Source: Pyrodictiaceae archaeon (lineage in GTDB: Archaea > Thermoproteota > Thermoprotei_A > Sulfolobales > Pyrodictiaceae). Taken from it: a stretch of 64,000 nt of DNA. Where the stretch lies: the NCBI GenBank assembly GCA_027036135.1, contig JALVSY010000016.1, forward strand, positions 384,001-448,000, in the 5' to 3' direction. Both the position numbers and the translations under genes were made by a program. Shown here one piece after another: positions 60,247-64,000 of this stretch; positions within the stretch are counted from its first letter, which is position 1, and every line of letters begins with the position of its first letter. The notes beneath the pieces are model-generated. The model was not told where the DNA came from. It searched no databases and saw only the letters and a program-made list of their open reading frames with translations.

Positions 60247-60559
60247 AGCTAGGCGGAGAGCAGCGAAGAAGCCCTCTCGGCGAAGAGTAATCATTGAGAA
60301 CCTATACAAGGCGGGCCAGTTCTTCGCAGCAGTATTCATAGTACTCCTAGTAGTAGCAGCGATAGCGCTGGCCAAGGGCGATGAGCGAGACGCTAACCAG
60401 GCAGCCGAGTACGCCTACTACTCCCTGGTCATAAGCGTTGTACTCCTCTTAGCGGCTACAGCTTTAGAGGAGAGAAAGGAGGAGAGCACAGTGGAGGACA
60501 GGGAGGGTAGGAGGAGAACAGTTGCCGAGACACAGAAGACCAGGCAAAGAGAGGCCTAG
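60173..60559 (+). CDS. Hypothetical membrane protein
   Basis: Two TM helices flanking GDE..ANQAAEYAYYSLV. Confidence 0.65.
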   Translation: MTRKAIFSGAGIAERDKQVARRKRKARRRAAKKPSRRRVIIENLYKAGQFFAAVFIVLLVVAAIALAKGDERDANQAAEYAYYSLVISVVLLLAATALEERKEESTVEDREGRRRTVAETQKTRQREA

Positions 60560-62126
60560 AAGCGAGCTAGGCCCCGTAGAAGCGCTCCTCGTCGGCCTAG
60601 GTATTGGCGCGGGTTTCTCCGCGATAACGGCCTACCTGGGAGCAATACCTCTACCGGGTAGACCTGTTAGGCAAGAGCCATTTATGCATGTGGAGCCGCT
60701 TCTCCAGGTATTGGTGCTTATTCTCGGGGCCCAGGCCTCAGCCATAGCTATGCGCAGGGTGGGGAAGCTCTTCGGCGCCATAGTCCTCGGCTTATATTCT
60801 CTCGTATTGCTTCACCAGTGGTGGGCTCCTTTTCTCTCATCAATTATCCTCCTCCTCGCCTTCCCGGAGCAATTGCTAGGGCTCGGTGCATCAGCCTCTC
60901 TTCTCTCCGCCGTTCTTCTCGTGCTCAGACCACTTAGCATCGATGCCGCGCTTGCCGGCTCAGCAATAGGCTTTGGAGAAATAATTGCGGGCCTAGTCCT
61001 CGGGGTTGTTTTGGCTGCTCTGGTAGTGCTTGTTCCTCCTCGTAGACAGAGCTTTCCGGGAGGCGAGAAAGCGACTAGGAGCACAATAGGTCTGGGCCTC
61101 CTACTCGTATCGATTGTGTTGGGCTTGTTAGCTATCCTGGTTCCTCACATAAGGTATGGCTTCGATAAAATAATCTCCTATGATACATACTATAACATGA
61201 GGTTCTGTAATTTTTATCGCCAAGGCGAGTACATGAAGGCTTTCTTCTCCTGGCAACGCCCCCTCTACGTATTGGCAGTAACTGTTCCCGCTGCGCTGAC
61301 CGGGTGCAAGCCATGGTTCTTTGATGTACTGGTGCCGCTACTAGGCTTCACGCTCCTAGCAACCATCTCTTGGGTACTCGTCCTCAAGGAAACAGGGTCA
61401 GCGCTCCTGGCCGGGCTAGGCTCCATGCTAGCCCTGGGTTACTGGGCTCCATTCTTCCTCTATGCCGGGCTGCAGACAAACCTTCTTGGGCTCCCTGCTG
61501 CGCTCCTACTAGCCTACTACCTACTGGACCAGCGCAAGAGCCTCTACGTCGCGGCCACCTTGTCGCTATTCCTCGGGCTTTGGCACCCATGGACGCTCGC
61601 CTACTATACTCTCGCCGCAGCGCTAATGATAACTATACAGAGAAGAAACGTGGCCAAGCTAGCCAAGAGAACGGTTTACATCCTCGTCCCTGGTTGGATG
61701 GTCTATAGCGTTGTTGCCCTCATAGCTGGCCGCTCAGGGGTAGTAGGTGTTGCACGTGGAGGTGTCTCGAACTCGATGCCGTTCCTATGGAGCCTTAAGA
61801 TCTATGTATGGGGAGTAATGATGCGTCCTGAAGTAGTCTTGCTAGTGGTGTTGTCGCTAGCATCGCTATACTTGGTAAAGCGCGGCACAAGCCTCCCTAC
61901 ATGGCTCCTCGGCGCCTCCATACTGGGGTTCCTTGGAGCCCTCTTGCCCAACACTAAGCTTCTTGTAAGATTCCTCGTGGATGCACCCCTACCCCTCCTA
62001 TTATCGGTTCTAGGGCTTCGGGGCCGACGAGAGCTACAAGCAGTTGTTATAGCGACAGCTGCTTCAACGCTGATGCTCTTGTACTTTGTTATGAGTATCC
62101 GCCCCGTCATAAAGTTCCTGCATTAG
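60522..62126 (+). CDS. Polytopic membrane protein (possible GT-C fold)
   Basis: Many TM segments; SYDTYY loop and RPLY. Confidence 0.7.
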   Translation: MPRHRRPGKERPRSELGPVEALLVGLGIGAGFSAITAYLGAIPLPGRPVRQEPFMHVEPLLQVLVLILGAQASAIAMRRVGKLFGAIVLGLYSLVLLHQWWAPFLSSIILLLAFPEQLLGLGASASLLSAVLLVLRPLSIDAALAGSAIGFGEIIAGLVLGVVLAALVVLVPPRRQSFPGGEKATRSTIGLGLLLVSIVLGLLAILVPHIRYGFDKIISYDTYYNMRFCNFYRQGEYMKAFFSWQRPLYVLAVTVPAALTGCKPWFFDVLVPLLGFTLLATISWVLVLKETGSALLAGLGSMLALGYWAPFFLYAGLQTNLLGLPAALLLAYYLLDQRKSLYVAATLSLFLGLWHPWTLAYYTLAAALMITIQRRNVAKLAKRTVYILVPGWMVYSVVALIAGRSGVVGVARGGVSNSMPFLWSLKIYVWGVMMRPEVVLLVVLSLASLYLVKRGTSLPTWLLGASILGFLGALLPNTKLLVRFLVDAPLPLLLSVLGLRGRRELQAVVIATAASTLMLLYFVMSIRPVIKFLH

Positions 62127-62193
62127 TCTCCCCAGGGGTGAGTGGAAGGCATAATTAGTTGCATCTAGCTAGAGCCTAACGGGTATTAGCTCG

Positions 62194-64000
62194 ATGAGGA
62201 GAGAGCAGAGGCTAGCACTACTAGTACTGGTGCTCGGCGTCTATCTGGTAAGCCTTTATGCCTTATACCAGCTGGGCTTATCAAAGACAATGAGGATAAA
62301 TGACTATATAAGCGATGAGTGCTGGTACATCTCCTCCGGCATAAATGTTGCGAGGAAGGTGCTAGGCCTCAGCATAGTCCCTAGGATTAACTCCTCCTAT
62401 GCAGAGTACACTATTGTCTATAACTCTAGTTGCGGTGTCGATGGTGCCCTCGACGAGGTCATAAGGTACGCTCCCCTGGCGCTCGTGGACAAGGTGGACT
62501 ATGACAAGATAGATGCATTCACCGTGCTGGTTCCATTAAACGAGACAAGGGGGATGAATGAGCTAGTCAAGCTAGCCAGCCAGGGCAACACTAGTTGTGT
62601 CAAGGACGTATTCCCAGGCATTCTCCCCGATGCAGAGGATGTAAACACTTATCTCAATACCGAGCACCCGCCCCTCGTCAAGTATGTCTTAGGTCTCCTT
62701 GCTTGGCACTATGGTTTCCGCTTCAGTGTTTTCCGGGTAGCGAGCTTCGTTATGGGTGCTCTAGCGCTATTATCAATAGCTCTGATAGTTTATCGCTCGT
62801 TGCTTGAGTGGCGTAGAGCAGCAATAGTAGCGATAGCTGTGCCGATACTTCTAGTAATTATGGATAAGTCCATCCAGGCCATGAGTTCGGTGGCCATGCT
62901 AGACATCTACGCTGCGAGCCTAGACGCGTTAGCAGCAGCGCTCATAGCCTATGACCGTGGCCTCTCAGCAGCTATTGCAATAGGGTTAGCGGCGTCAGCG
63001 AAATATACTGGCATATTCCCTCTCCCTGGGCTTCTACTCTATGAGAAGCTGCGAGGAGGCTCAACAAGGAAAATCCTTGCCGAGCTACTAATCCCGGTAG
63101 TGATTGTTTCCATCCTCTGGGTACCTTTCGCGATAAAATATGGCCTGAGCTGGGTAATTGATCAGATAATTGGAGCGATAAGATGGGACACTACTAGCCG
63201 TCCTTTAAATGGCCCGCCTTCAACTAATCCTCTTGGCTTATTGCTTGGCCGGAACGTCTTCATACTATATTATATTGGGAATAAGCCCTTCCTAGAGGCA
63301 GCTGCTCACCCTGCAGTCACGCTCCCAGCCCTAGTGCTCTCGTTGTTCGGGCTCCCCGGGCTACTCATAGCGGCTTGTAGAACGAGGCTCCCAAGATGGG
63401 GCGCGTGGGCAGCTGGCATAGCTACGATGTACTTATCGGCTATAGGCGGTTATGTCGCCGTCTATCTCGCAGGGAACCACACGCTCTACAGCTTCTACGG
63501 CGTACAGCTCTCGGTACTAGCAGGTGCTGTGCTAGCCTCCTACTACGCGTACATGGTTGCAGCCGACGAGTTATCCAAGGAGCCTATAAGAGAGTGCGCC
63601 TGCTCCCAAGCAGCCCAGTCATGGCTCCCCGTGCTATTAGTCACGACGGGTCTTGGCCTCGGGCTATGGCTATACAGGCTATATCCCCTGAGCCCCTTGA
63701 TTCCCGGAATAGAGCCCATAAGCACCTACGTATATAGCACACTAGGTAGCAAGATAGCGAAAATACTAGTAATCGCGGCCACGTGGCTCCTCTACTCCGC
63801 GATAGCCTATAGGATAAAAGGCCCAAGCCCGTGCAGCTGGAGGAAACTAGGAGCGCAAATCGCTACCTGGATACCCGTTGGCATGGCCTCCGTGGCGTCG
63901 CCAGTAGCACTCTTCGCCCCGATAGCCGCGCTGCTAACAATAGTTGAGAAGCCAGGAATAGTAGATGGGGTTGTCTCAGGGCTACTACTACCATTACCCG
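62194..64000 (+). CDS. GT39/PMT-like membrane glycosyltransferase; runs off the window
   Basis: Manual translation from ATG 62194: YISDECWYISS, YLNTEHPPLVKY, AMLDIY and SAKYTG in one frame. Confidence 0.78.
   Translation, partial: MRREQRLALLVLVLGVYLVSLYALYQLGLSKTMRINDYISDECWYISSGINVARKVLGLSIVPRINSSYAEYTIVYNSSCGVDGALDEVIRYAPLALVDKVDYDKIDAFTVLVPLNETRGMNELVKLASQGNTSCVKDVFPGILPDAEDVNTYLNTEHPPLVKYVLGLLAWHYGFRFSVFRVASFVMGALALLSIALIVYRSLLEWRRAAIVAIAVPILLVIMDKSIQAMSSVAMLDIYAASLDALAAALIAYDRGLSAAIAIGLAASAKYTGIFPLPGLLLYEKLRGGSTRKILAELLIPVVIVSILWVPFAIKYGLSWVIDQIIGAIRWDTTSRPLNGPPSTNPLGLLLGRNVFILYYIGNKPFLEAAAHPAVTLPALVLSLFGLPGLLIAACRTRLPRWGAWAAGIATMYLSAIGGYVAVYLAGNHTLYSFYGVQLSVLAGAVLASYYAYMVAADELSKEPIRECACSQAAQSWLPVLLVTTGLGLGLWLYRLYPLSPLIPGIEPISTYVYSTLGSKIAKILVIAATWLLYSAIAYRIKGPSPCSWRKLGAQIATWIPVGMASVASPVALFAPIAALLTIVEKPGIVDGVVSGLLLPLP

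Noticed and set aside
1655-63826. Numerous short antisense or overlapping ORFs in the ORF track (e.g. 3826..4197, 31616..32098, 34289..34807, 47454..47939)
   Set aside because: They are shadow ORFs opposite well-supported genes, with Ser/Leu-rich composition and no recognisable motifs.

Overview
A 64-kb chromosomal segment from a hyperthermophilic crenarchaeon. Gene content and CTA-rich codon usage suggest Desulfurococcales, possibly Pyrodictiaceae (inference). Housekeeping genes include Memo/AmrB, M32 carboxypeptidase, a dpp/opp ABC operon, a probable GDGT ring synthase, AMP phosphorylase, beta-RFAP synthase, phosphopantothenate synthetase, Trm11, RtcB and glycosylation genes. These are interspersed with accessory regions rich in toxin-antitoxin modules, paREP-type coiled-coil genes and frameshifted pseudogenes. 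The standout is an AT-rich cassette at about 12.0-15.6 kb. It contains an unannotated 34-aa ORF (MKVLKTEYKNPQILKGMELCSGKGIICGGNASVY, with a YxxPxI leader motif and two core Cys), a radical SAM enzyme with a probable RRE and a reduced SPASM domain, and an ABC exporter. This is a candidate archaeal RiPP system, preceded by a perfect 48-bp inverted repeat. A circularly permuted peptide-binding protein is also notable. I saw no rRNA, tRNA, CRISPR array or transposase. All family assignments come from motif recognition and memory; no database searches were run.
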